The notes beneath the pieces are model-generated. The model saw only the letters and a list, made by a program, of their open reading frames with translations. It made no database searches and was not told the DNA's origin. This document shows, piece by piece, positions 53,056 to 64,000 of a stretch of DNA of 64,000 bases (its first letter is position 1; each line of letters begins with the position of its first letter). The position numbers and the translations under genes are program-made. The stretch is taken from positions 62,001 to 126,000 of the forward strand of contig JAPETS010000014.1 of the NCBI GenBank assembly GCA_026023565.1, in the 5' to 3' direction. The stretch comes from Cirrosporium novae-zelandiae (taxonomy: Eukaryota).

Positions 53056-54316
53056 TTATGGTGTCAGGATCAACTTTCCAGTTGTCTTGCGACCTTCGAG
53101 ATCCTAGAGAAACAATCAACGTCGAATCTTTATAATTAACTGGATGTGATGATACTGACCTGGTGTGCCCTAGCAATGTCTTTCAAAGGATAAATCTCGT
53201 GGATCCTGACATCCATTTTATCCTTGATCATGAAACTAAATAGGTCATTAGACGCGGTCTCGAATTCTTCCCTGGTAACGATATAATTGAAGAGGGTTGG
53301 CCTTAGGAGTTTGGCATTCTTCTGGCTCAAGCGACTATATTCCACAGAAATTAGTTTGTACATGTACAGCCTTGATCCCGATTCGAAGACGAGACAGAGG
53401 GAGTAACTCACGTAATTGTCACTGGTGGTACCGCTCCACTTGCATTGCCAAAGCTGACCATACTTCCCTTTCTAGCCAAGCACTCCATGCTGCATTCAAA
53501 TGTACTCTTTCCCACGCCGTCGAATACAGCAGCTACACCCAAACCTCCAGTCTTTTCTTTCACCACTTTCACAACTCCATCCATCCCGACAGCCTTATAA
53601 TCCACGCCCACCTCAACACCATGTTCTTCGGCTAACTTCACCTTTTCAGGACCACCAGCTGTCCCGATCGTGCGTGCGCCAATGGATTTGAGGATCTGCG
53701 CAAGCCAGAGTCCCACGCCTCCAGCTGCAGCATGGATCAAGATCCAATCCCCCTTCTTGACCTCATATGCATCGCGTACCAGCGTCAGTGCTGTCAGCCC
53801 CTGCAGCATACAAGCCGCGGCGTCCTTTTCTTCAATCTCCTTCGGTATCTTCATAACCCTCTCGGCGCTTACAGCTGTATATTCTGCATAAGCTCCTGCC
53901 CCCATCCAGACAACTTTGTCCCCCTCCTTGATCCCATAGACCTTATCACTGCCATCACCAACCTTTACGACGCTACCAGCGGCTTCACGCCCCAGGATCT
54001 CGGGTTTTGGGGCGGGGTACAATCCCGTCCGGAAGTAGGTGTCAATGTAGTTTATGCCGATATAGGAGTTCTTTACTAGGATCTGATTGGCTGAGGGTGT
54101 AGGAACAGGGAGATCGGTGTGCCAATCAAGAACTTCGGTCCCACCAGTTTTTTCAATGAGGATACCGTTCATTGTCTTGGGGATGGACGTAGCCATGGTA
54201 CGAGAGGTGGGGTGAAGATGGTTAAGGACGGTAGTGAGACGGGTGGTTGTTGAAGCTATCTTGGTGGAAGTAATGGCAGGAGTTGCTTGCAAAGTACGAT
54301 GGAGGAGATAGGACAT
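53056..54316 (-). CDS. ZTA1: NADPH:quinone oxidoreductase (zeta-crystallin/Qor-like)
   Basis: GINYIDTYFRTGLY, HAAAGGVG, DGVGK, SFGNASG, final exon DLEGRKTTGKLILTP*; two introns; second in-frame ATG at 54196. Confidence 0.93.
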
Positions 54317-56337
54317 TCAATTGAGCTTTGAATTTTCTTTTTGTTATTTCCTTTTTGAGGGGCACAATGAATGATGATATGTACTTTTTATACGGAACGA
54401 TATTTCGCCGTTGAGACACAGATCCAAGCTCGTGATATATATTCAAAGAGATGTTCTAGAGAACAAAGACAGCTCTATTTATTGGTTTTAATTTGATAAT
54501 TGGGCTTTCGATTTAATACTGTCGTGACCATCTAACGTAGACGGTACAATTCCGCTGGAGATAGGTAAGTTTCGGCCATATTCAACGCGCGAAGCCCCTC
54601 ATTCTTAGAAATAAATGATGATGCTTGCTTGCTTTGATTGACTAATTCTTACGCCATTTGTAACCTACCTTTTTCTTCTTCTAATAATTAAGCCTTAGTA
54701 GTATTGTATCTTAGGTAATAATGTGTTTATTGTTTTATTTTCATCATTATTAAACCTACACGTTTTATGTTTCATTTATTTTCAACTTTTCCTACAATAA
54801 TTTTTACAGCCCTCCCTACCCTCCATTCCAAACAAGCCCTCACCCTTTCCTTCTTCCCCTTCCTTAATTCTATGCAATACAGCCGAAACACTCACTTACA
54901 TTCTTCCAAACTTAGAAAATGCCAAAGTAGCCTTTGGAGAAAATTCTCCCTAAGACTAAGCAATAAGTTAGATCGCAGATGAATTGTTCCAAGGAAGTAT
55001 GACCCGGGAGGTTGAGGCTGCTGTTATAGCAAGAGTGCTCATATTGGGAGTGGGGGAATGAATGGTGGGGGCGGAAAAATGGGGTTGGAGGATGTGATAG
55101 ATAAGGGGGGGTTAGGATGGGGGGGGGGAGAAGTAGGAATAAGAATATAAGCATGAATGCCGCTACTGTCAAAAGTGGGAATAGGGATCCAAGAATGACA
55201 TTCATTGGGTTGCAAATCTAGAAAATGACAAGAACAAAAAGTAATAGGAAGTCTGGAAATACTATTTTCGATTTCGAGACTTGGAATATGTTTCCCATTT
55301 GTACCGGACTTGGTCCTGGACTCGGACTTTGTTGGAGAGGAGGCGAGGTGCTTCATTGGCCCATGGGGGTATTTACGGACATACAGAAGAGTAACAAGGA
55401 AAAGGAATGGGAGATGGGGAGGAGTAGAGAGACATGGATGTACACGAACTGAACTACACCTAGGAAGGACGATGACGACGACGATGATGTGAATGCAGAG
55501 CTTGTTTATATTCATCCATGAAATTAGAAGACAAGATGAGATGATTATACCAAATAGAGAATCCACCTAAGAAATGAGGATTTTCAATGCTAGTTAAACA
55601 CCACCTTGATCTTTGCACATAAACATAAATATAGCCAAGCAAGTAAGAGGGCAATTCCCACCAGTAAAAAAGAGGGCCCCGTGGGTTAAATCATGGTTGA
55701 GTAAATAAAACATCTCAGCCCGAGGCCATTGAAATTGAAATCAGAACTCGCTCGTTTGACTTTTCATTCAAGCAAAAACTATTCCCTCCCTGTTCTCAAA
55801 GAATGGTAAGCGAAAGAAGACACAAGAATTTCTTTAATAGGTAAGGTAGCTCCTCTATGCTCCGGTTTGCTAATGCAAGGAATACTTGTTATAATAACCC
55901 ATCATTCTTCAATCATTCAACGTTTCCTACTCCCCCAATACCAAAACATTGACCGAGATTTTGCCACCATTCATTATCCCCCATCCCCCCATCCATCCAA
56001 AGAATATATGATAAGCAAAGATCCTGGGATCTGAACAGCTTGCCTATCCAGAGAACACATCATGTGCTAAAAGTCAAATATAGTCGTCCCACAGAAACAC
56101 AAACACCTTCGCTGAAATGCAAATCACATAAGTTAGAAATTAGGAAGGGATTCGTTGATATCATGAAAGTCAATCCCTGCCGGATAAAATATTCTTGGAG
56201 CGCCGACCCTGCGCAAAGCTCGCGCCTCACTCCTTGGGTAGAATCGCTCCCCTTGGAATCGACTTCTTATTTTCCAGTACATAGAGAAAGGTGCAGACCT
56301 TAAACATTAAGTCATCTTTTCAACACTGCCCTGCTTA

Positions 56338-57704
56338 TCATTCAATCAACGGCTTTTTCTGCCTTCCTACATACGTCATTCCTATATAATGGAGCGCATT
56401 ATGGTCATGCGGCCGAACAATAGTAGGGAGCGGTAACATTGGGTTCTCCGAGTTGACGTATGCTGCTTCTTTGGCGGATTGCTCGATCGCTTCCATTTCG
56501 TCTTTGCAGTCAGCATGATCAAAAGGACATACTACAATAGGTTGGCGAAGAAGAATGTCTTTTGCCGACGTAAGATGTGCCTATAAATAGTGGCGAGAGT
56601 TAGATAGTGACCAGATAGAAAATAGAGAATGGGCGAACCTTGACAGTAAGGTAGTATTCAATTTTGTAAAGGCTGCCTGTTGTTGTAAAGCCACTAACGC
56701 TGTACATTGGAAAAGCTGGCTTCCCTCTTGGTATTATGCCATCTGAATCTCTTAGATCTTTTGATGGAAAAACAAGCCCACAATTTGTAAAGTACCCTGC
56801 TTCCGGCATTTTCACTCCTACCGTTTGAACTTGTTTGGCTAAGGTTTTGACTTTCCGTTGTGGTTCGTCCCCTTCATGATTATATATTATCTCTTCGTCG
56901 ATTCCAATTGTAATTTTTTGAATCGTTACTCGCTTTGCTTTGTTTAACCAATCTGGATTCGGTGATAATTTGATATAAACACTTATAGGGTCCAAGGGTC
57001 CGTATGACCACCTTGGTAAAGATATCCCTAATGTAACAAGATGGTCGGATACTCGCTCCGCAGACTCTGGTCGACTGTACATTCCAAATGTCGATAGAGT
57101 GTCGTATCTCGATATCGGGACCGGAAACGTATACTTCTTCTGCTCCGCTTGGCCTTGTTGAACCATCACCACCATTTCATAATATGTCTCCGCCGTGCGG
57201 CTGGGTAGCTGCAAGCTTGCAGGTGGTACCCTTCGAGCTGTCTCTTGCCCTCCTCGGCCGAATGGGATGAACAAGACAAAGGGAAGGTCCATTGATATTA
57301 TTTCTTCATATTCTTTTCCAGCGGGACATCGAAACAATAGCATTTCCTTCCCGACTATATCTGTAATTTCTTTGCGAGGTGCTTTTAAATGTTTTTTGGT
57401 TACCGAATCCGCAGCAGGATGTATTGTTTCACGTCTTTGGAGCGATATGGTTACGAGGGAGATGTTGACCGGTGCAGAGATACCGACGCTTGGTCGGATT
57501 TCGACCTTGCCCTCTATTCGAGGCTACCGGATGATCATGTCAGCAATCGTCATCGGATGGGCAACTTGGCCGGCATGGACAACAAAAAGAATTCACCGGC
57601 GATGGGTAAGGTTAGTATATACATACCAAAGTCGCTGATATGCCCGGGTAGCCAACTAAGAAATGGCGGTTTGGGGGGCCCGAAACTCGCACAAAGGCGC
57701 TCAT
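56338..57704 (-). CDS. Arrestin-like conserved fungal protein
   Basis: MSAFVRVSGPPN..GYPGISATL|PRIEGKVEIR, DLPFVLFIP, ISRYDTLSTF, GFTTTGSLYKIEYYLTVK; introns 57524-57626 and ~56582-56638. Confidence 0.75.
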
Positions 57705-58475
57705 CTTCTAGTATCAAGCCAATCATTCATGGGAATTGCACTATGCGATAATATTGAATGTTTTAGGAATAGGAATAAGTTATGCGCAAGATGAAATGTA
57801 AGAAGTAAGCGGGCGAAGGCTATCCGTCGACGATGTTATTGTTATGGTCTGGTTCCCGGCTATACTGCCTGGTCTAGGGCCTGGTCTGTACTGTGTATGG
57901 ATGAATGTAGGGCTGGAAAGTGCTGAAGAAGCCGGACAAGCTGGTTCCGATCTGGATGGACCAGGCCCTTGTCCAGTATGCTTGTTTCAGTGAAGCTTAG
58001 ACTTCAAGCCCAAAGGAACGAACGATTTAATGGTCAAACGGCCGGTGATGATCAACCGATGGGGGTGGGGGATATCAGACCAGGGGAAACCGAAGTGTGG
58101 AAATGCGATCGAGTATTGAATATTGTTAGAAAGGAAGAGAAGTATGTATCAAGTAGGGAAGTAGTAATTAGACTATGGGCTGAGCCTTGTTATGTGAAGA
58201 CTTTCAGGCATGTCAGGGTAAGAAGTTGCGCAAGCTGCTTTTGTCCAGCCCAAGTTTTGGTACAGTAGACTTTCAAGGGAAAGACGTCAACCAAGGACGA
58301 CATTGGCCTGTGCTTTAGAGCGGAGCAAATCTTGATCTTAACCCTTTTCGACCCAAATATCACCATGACCAGTGACCACCGAAACACCACCGAGCGATAC
58401 GCCAAGAATACTCCCAGAATATTGATATGATATACATAATACTGTGGTACAACTTCAGCAATTACCTAGGTAGAT

Positions 58476-59086
58476 ATGTCTGTCACTGTCTGTCCAAAAT
58501 CCCCTCCTTCTCCACCGAGATATGCTCCGAATGTTAACTACTTCGTCCACAGTTACATACCAACCTTGGTGATCTGAAGATCGAAATCTTCTGCGAGTCT
58601 GTTCCTAAATCGGCAGAGGCAAGTCTCCACATGGCTATCCCAAAGCTCTAGGCACTGATTTTTACTCTGTAGAATTTTCTCGCTCTGTGCGCATCTGGAT
58701 ACTACGATGGAACCACCTTCCACCGTTCCATTCCCTCCTTCATCATCCAAGGCGGCGACCCAACAAATCCTCCCGGAAAGGGTGGCTCTTCAATATGGGG
58801 TGGGTATTTCGAGGATGAGATTAGACCGGCTTTGCGCCATAATGCTCGAGGAATCGTCAGCATGGCAAACAAGGGCCCTAATACCAATGGGAGTCAATTC
58901 TTTATCGCATATGGCCCTGCCGCTCATCTAGATGGAAAGAACACCATCATTGGAAGAGTAATTGATGGTGCCGACACTACACTGACTAAAATGGAAGCAA
59001 TTGCTGTTGATAAGAAGCATCGTCCCGAAGAGAGTATCCAACTCAAAGATATTACTATACATGCGAACCCCTTGGCAGATGGCTAA
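58476..59086 (+). CDS. CYP10: Cyclophilin-type peptidyl-prolyl isomerase PPIL3-like
   Basis: [66 protein letters not shown]; introns 58488-58552 and 58619-58672 (GC-AG). Confidence 0.93.
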
Positions 59087-59445
59087 GGACTAGGTGTGGA
59101 TAATACAAATTACTCGGACCTGGATGGATAGAAACACTATTTTTTTTGGATCTAGATAAGCTGTGTCTATGGGAAAAAGGTAATCGATCTTCCAAAGCAA
59201 GAACGTCTTTACCCACAGGTATTAGTATCTGCCAGCAATAATGTCCGGATTTCAAACGTCCAACGTGGCATAGCAGCGGTTCAGAAGCTCTCAGCACACG
59301 GTTGAGGGGTATCTGCTTCCTGCAAATTCTTGGAACGCTTGAAGAATCACACAGGATGTGGGGTGAACCTTTTCATAGCACCGTAATAAAACCTCAAGAG
59401 CGCCTCCAAAACATGCTATAGAGGAAATGTAGTCCGAACCATCAT

Positions 59446-61081
59446 TTAATTAGCCCCGTTTAGCTCTCTATCTATTTTAGTCTCCGTAGCCTGGGGGTTT
59501 TCGTCCACATAGCCGCCAGTTATGGTTTTCTCTTGATAGTTCTCCGTATTCATGTCTTGAAGACCTAACTCTTCGTCTTCCTCCTCCGAGCGCTCATAGT
59601 CCTCTATGATGATTTGCGGGTCCTCCGCTGGAGATGGATTTCCCTGCACGAAACTACCTGCTAGGGGGTCTTCTAGAATCAGTGTGTATTTTATTTCTGC
59701 TTTGATAAGCTGATCCAATTTCTTGAAAAATGTGGTCCAGGTTTGTTTCAGGTCCTCTGGCATAGAATCACTTTTGAACCTTGTGTCGTTTTCGTAGTCG
59801 TCGTCCCCAATATCGAAAATCTGACCTTTCAACTGGTCGCGAACCTCGGTCAAGACGCCCTCTACCGTGGAGAATCGGCCTCCCAAAGTTCCTGGCTGAA
59901 CATTCAACTCAATCTCAGGGACTCTCAACGTGCAATCGGAAGATTTTAGCAAATCCCTTGATAAGTCTTCGGGACTCTGGACATCCAATGTGATTCTTCT
60001 TCCCTTGTCGGGTACGCGCCCTCCAGTCTTGATCTCGTTTGTTCGATATCCACAATGGTCGCATACAGTGGCCATGATAATCACTTGCTGGAAGTGAGGG
60101 ATGTTGACCATTTGCATGTTATTAGTGCAAGGCCTTTGACAACCTGGACACTCCCCAGGAAGCTCGTAAACCTGGCCCTCGAGAATGTTAACATCCTCCA
60201 GGCCGCTATCTGCATCATCCCCGAGCCGAGGAACGACGGCATCTTGAGTCGTACCCTCGTCGTAATTCCCTAGCCCCAGCTCTGCATTTTGTTTAGTGGT
60301 TCTATTGTACTCCTCTCGGAGCAATTTTCCGCCGCCCTTCCCGGTAGGAATAGGTCCTATCCATGAGTTTCCCGCAGGGTCGTCCATAGTGACAATAAAC
60401 GGCATATCAATACCTTGCATCATCCTCATCAATTTCCGCGTGAGATCGCGAATGCCTTCGTAAAGGTCAGGATGTTGGATTTTCCTCCTTGGTTGATCAC
60501 TTTCTAGGTCTTTGAGTACCTTAACCAAGGCCCCTTCAACAGTTGAGATCTGACCCTTCCCACGACCTGCTGGCTGTTCGATTTCAAGGTCTTGTATACA
60601 AAAATTGCAGGTATCAGCCTTGACAAGCTGTCTCTCCAAGTCTTCCTCTGACTCGATTGTCAAAGTATATTTTATCCCCTTTTGTCCGATCTCGCCAGCA
60701 GATTGAATTTCGTTGTTCATTTCTCCGCAGTGGGGGCATGAAAATGACATAATAACGACTTCACGGAAAAAGGGTATCTTGATTAAGAGCATTCTGGTAG
60801 TGCCCTATATTGAAGAGTCATTGGTATAGACACGTATTGTAGATGGAAAAGGCTCAACTTACATTCTCCTCACAATTCATGCACATACTCTCAATTTCCT
60901 CTCCAACTTCTGGTACCTCACTGTTATTTGTTTTGGCATCAGAACCATCAGATACTTCGAGTTCTTGGACCTTAATGCCAAGATCCTGAAAGAGTTTATT
61001 GTTGAACGGTCGTTCGCTCATCTTGGAGGAAGTGGCCTTGGATGTAGAAGCCTTTGTGGCCATCTCTATGGTCCAGCCCAT
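59446..61081 (-). CDS. ZPR1: Zinc finger protein Zpr1
   Basis: ESMCMNC..IPFFREVVIMSFSCPHCG and CPGC..IPHFQQVIIMATVCDHCGYRTNE, two Zpr1 modules; one intron; true start may be 61022. Confidence 0.95.
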
Positions 61082-61254
61082 GATAACAATTAGTTGTGTT
61101 CTTTGAATTTTCGACTATAGCGAAGAGAAGTCAAAAAGAGGTGGTTTGAGAGTAGAGGTATTTCAGGTGCCAGTAAGAATGAGGGAGGGTAGGCAAATTC
61201 ACTTACAGTAAAGGGAGGCTACGGCTAATGAAGCCTAGATGAAGGGTTAAGGGG

Positions 61255-61390
61255 AATGAAGTATGATTATGATACCTGATTCCTGTGAGAATAAGTGAAA
61301 GGGAGACGAAGGGTAAATGAAGGATGATTATGATACTTGATTCCTTTAAGGATGAGTGAAAGGGAGATGAAGGGTGAATGAAGGATGAGA
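61255..61390. repeat. 61-bp tandem duplication (~2.2 copies)
   Basis: aatgaagtatgattatgatacctgattcctgtgagaataagtgaaagggagacgaagggta followed by aatgaaggatgattatgatacttgattcctttaaggatgagtgaaagggagatgaagggtg and a partial third unit. Confidence 0.85.
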
Positions 61391-62045
61391 AGTTTTGAAA
61401 TAAAAAAATAACACTTTATAGTCTAGTAATGGAAGTTTCAATTTCGGGGGTTTTTTTTGACGCGGGGCTGTTCCAGAGCTTATCTAGCTTAACTTATCAA
61501 ATATTTTGCCCCGCACTAAATAAATAAATTGCCCACCAGCGACCGACGTCAGTCGAGTAAAGTAGAGTAGCTCAGCCTTAAATCTAAACCTGGCCTTCGC
61601 CTACTGAGTGAGACACGCGGACTTTTTTTTCAATTTTTTTTGTTTCTCTATTAGGTGTATGGATCAAAGACTATGGCGCAACGGTCTATCTACCTAGGTA
61701 CCTATTTAATTTTTTAGAAAAATTAAATATCTTGCTTGTTTGTGGGCCGATTTTCTTCCAATATTTACTACAGTACTGTAGGTGCATTACCTACACACGG
61801 TGACTTACATGATACTTATAGTCCCTTGAGAAGTTTTACCTTCAAATTCAGTACTTGAAACGTCTATTTCTATTATTCATACTCATTTATAAGATACAGG
61901 ATATTTTCATTATTCGAGTATCCTCCATTGTTATGCCTAGACAGAATGAGAGCTAGGATAAAGAAAGTTTTCCAAATCATAATCATATACTCCTCACACA
62001 TGTGATGTACAACACGACTAGCAAATGTAATCATAACCTAGCATT

Positions 62046-64000
62046 TCATTCTTCATCCTCTGCATCTTCATCCGCGACCTAGTACATTACTATTAGTATG
62101 GTGTCAATAGGTGAAAGTGTCAAAGAACCAAACTCACGTCGTCATGGAAGTATTTGCCTTCCTTTGTCTCCTTAATGATACCGGCTCTGATAGTCCAGTC
62201 TCCAAAATGCTCTCCTTGCTCTCTTTCCAATGAATACTGTTTCAGAAGACCCTGCATAATATCCAGTATTTCTGGTTCCTTGATACTACTTCGATACAGC
62301 TTGTTCAGTCTTTGTCCGTAGTAACCTCCTCCCAGGTACATGTTATAGGCCCCATAGGCCTTTCCTACAAAAGCAACTTCGGCAAGCCATGGCCTAGCGC
62401 AACCATTGGGGCAACCGGTCATACGCATAACAATGCTAGCTTGACTAAGACCGTTTTCCTCTAGACAATTTTCGAGCTTGGAGATAAGCACAGGCAAGTA
62501 GCGTTCACTTTCCGCCATGGCTAGTCCACAAGTAGGAAACGCAACACATGCAGAAGAGCTGAGCCGCAGTCCCGTGAATTGAAGGTTATCGAGATGGTAT
62601 TTCTTCATGAGGGTTTCAACAATGGGTTTATCTTCGTCAGCAAGATTCGAGAGGATAAGATGTTGGTTTCCGGTAAGGCGAAACTCTCCTCTGTTGAGTT
62701 TGGCAATTTCTCGAAGGCCAGTGCGCATAAGGAAATCTGCAGTATCTTCGATACGCCCATTCTCGATAAAGAAGGTGAAATGATTCTTGCCCTGTTCGTC
62801 CTTCTGCCAGCCAAAAGTGTCGACGTTCTTGTCAAAATGATATGATCGTGGCGGCTCGAATTTAAAGCCCACGAGCTCTTCAACCTTTTCTCGGAAGACA
62901 TTCACACCCATATCCTCGATGGTGTACTTGAGACGAGCATGTTTACGGTTCTTACGATCCCCATGGTCACGCTGAATAAGCATGATCTTCTCACAGACTA
63001 GAACAATGTTGGAAGTAGAGACATAACCGAGCATGCTACCAGTGCGTGGAAAAGTTTTTTTGTTGTTATGAGTTACCCCCATACCGCCACCAGCAAGAAC
63101 GTTGAATCCATCGAGTCGACCGTTGGCACCCTTGATAGCGATTAAACCAACGCAATGTGCAAAGACGTCGGTATCATTGTAGGGTGGGACGGCAATGGTG
63201 ACCTTAAATTTTCGTGGCAGGTATGTGGGGCCATAAAGGGGTTCTTGATCAACGATTGCATCACCTGCGACCTTTACCTTTTTGTTGTTTTCGTCCCGAA
63301 GCCATATTTCATGGTAAGCCGTTGTGTTTGGAAGAAGATGCTGGTCAATTTTCTTAGAAACTTCATATACATCACGATGATAGGCAGAGCGCTCTGGCAT
63401 AGTACTACACATGACATTTCGATTGACATCTCCACAGGCGGCAAGTGTTGTCATTAAAGCCCTATTAATAGCCCGCATTGCTCCTCGAAGTTTTCCTTTG
63501 ATAATACCATGGAACTGGAACGTTTGACGGGTGGTCAGTTTCATCGTCTCATTACCATGCGCACTGCTTATCGCGTCCATTTGTAGCCACTGAGATGGGG
63601 TTGCTACGCCTCCTGGAACTCTGCATCGGATCATAAACGCATATGCCGGTTCAAGACCTTGAGCTTTTCGCTCGTCACGAAGGTCACGATCATCTTCCAT
63701 ATAAGTGCCATGGAATTTAGTAAGTTGCGAATCACTTGCAGAAATTGCTCCAGTTGTCTCGTCGTTCAAGCCTTCCACGATTGTTCCCCGGAGGAAATTT
63801 GATTGAGCTTTGATATCTTCATTTGTGAGCGGCGCAGGTTCTTCGGGGAGGCCTTCTACATTATCAACCCCAAGTGCATGCCATAGCTTTGGTTCCCATT
63901 CTCCATATCCTGTTTGGTACCCATCTGGATCCTGATCATCGCCTAATCCCACATCTGCCAGTTTTTTTGCACCAAGGAAGGCTATTCTAGCATCGAGATC
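62046..64000 (-). CDS. MET5: Sulfite reductase (NADPH) beta/hemoprotein subunit, 3' part (gene starts beyond the window)
   Basis: KFHGTY, LTTRQTFQFHG, ACGDVNRN, LPRKFK, siroheme/4Fe-4S ligands CVAFPTCGLA and TGCPNGC; terminal intron, then VADEDAEDEE*. Confidence 0.96.

Noticed and set aside
61255..61390. CRISPR-like array
   Set aside because: Eukaryotic context; contiguous tandem units with no unique spacers.
61560..61635. tRNA/SINE-like sequence (TAGCTCAG A-box-like, followed by a T-run)
   Set aside because: No B box (GTTCRA) and no cloverleaf could be built.

Overview
Eukaryotic, intron-containing DNA from a filamentous ascomycete (Pezizomycotina-type GT-AG introns of about 50-100 nt with CTAAC-like branch points; dispersed 5S rRNA gene). 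The window is bipartite. The left part (~1-31 kb) is gene-sparse and accessory-like. It holds the 3' end of an omega-class GST, a frameshifted orphan, a secreted A1 aspartic protease whose intron carries a TA-flanked MITE, a Dal5/Tna1-type MFS transporter and two inverted copies of a second MITE. It also holds an Mx-like dynamin, a putative ADP-ribosyltransferase-fold protein, a 5S rRNA gene, a LaeA-like methyltransferase, decayed secreted-protein genes and an SH3 membrane protein. The right part (~32-64 kb) is a dense block of mostly conserved housekeeping genes: MDV1/CAF4, EXO84, PP2A catalytic subunit, PI31, an SDR, BUB3, GPN2, POP5, ZTA1, an arrestin-like gene, cyclophilin PPIL3, ZPR1 and the sulfite reductase beta subunit. 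The best leads are the dynamin + ART-like + methyltransferase neighbourhood around the 5S gene (possible conflict/defence locus, speculative), two MITE families, and a perfect PTS2 in an N-terminal extension of ZTA1. All family calls are from motif recognition by eye; no database searches were run.
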